Assembly: GCA_963788305.1 (NCBI GenBank) | Contig: CAWBGK010000020.1 | Coordinates: 81,390-145,389 of the forward strand | DNA: 64,000 nt | From: an uncultured Chloroflexia bacterium | GTDB taxonomy: Bacteria > Chloroflexota > Anaerolineae > Anaerolineales > UBA4823 | Direction of reading: 5' to 3' | Part shown: piece by piece, positions 63,847 through 64,000 of the stretch | Layout of the letters: the number at the start of each line of letters is the position of its first letter | Position numbering within the stretch: position 1 is the stretch's first letter | The notes under the pieces: model-generated | Told to the model about the DNA's origin: nothing | Databases searched by the model: none | Seen by the model: the letters and a program-made list of their open reading frames with translations, nothing else | Position numbers and translations under genes: made by a program

Positions 63847-64000
63847 ATGCCGAACAGCCCTGCGATCGAAACCCTCAACCTGAAGAAATCCTTCGGCGAA
63901 AAAGCCGCCGTCCGGGACCTGACCCTGACCGTCGAGCGCGGCGAAGTCTTTGGATTTCTGGGTCCCAACGGCGCCGGCAAGACGACTTCGGTCAAGATGC
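63847..64000 (+). CDS. ABC transporter ATP-binding protein, 3'-truncated by window edge
   Basis: [27 protein letters not shown]. Confidence 0.92.
   Translation, partial: MPNSPAIETLNLKKSFGEKAAVRDLTLTVERGEVFGFLGPNGAGKTTSVKM

Noticed and set aside
1-64000. tRNA, rRNA, IS transposase or prophage genes
   Set aside because: None recognisable by eye in this window.

Overview
This ~55% GC bacterial window most resembles Chloroflexota (Anaerolineae); that is inferred from gene content, the xYLPxxxR/K secreted-protein motif and the T-box plus pan-leader combination. Single-base indels split about 20 genes, including the essential ileS, so they are most likely assembly errors rather than pseudogenes. 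Bases 1-40.5 kb form a large cell-surface glycan locus: Wzm/Wzt ABC exporter, rmlCBAD, GT2/GT4 glycosyltransferases, four GT-C-like membrane proteins, WecA/TagO, a tandemly duplicated Wzz-like + O-antigen-ligase module, FAAL + ACP, two secreted glycosidases and a beta-helix protein. Next come a metalloprotease, a sulfotransferase, a complete group IIC intron inserted right after the sulfotransferase stop codon, the panB-panE-panC-coaX-MTase-tsaC operon and ppgK. The most unusual part is 53.5-64 kb. It holds an Ile T-box whose stem II is extended by a heptamer-repeat hairpin, a GVHH/MHKS-type ileS, and a DksA/TraR-zinc-finger-PP2C phosphatase fusion. These are followed by a second full-length IleRS homolog with all catalytic and editing motifs degenerate (a candidate pseudo-synthetase carrying a 42/84-bp repeat insertion) and an ECF sigma/anti-sigma/ABC module.
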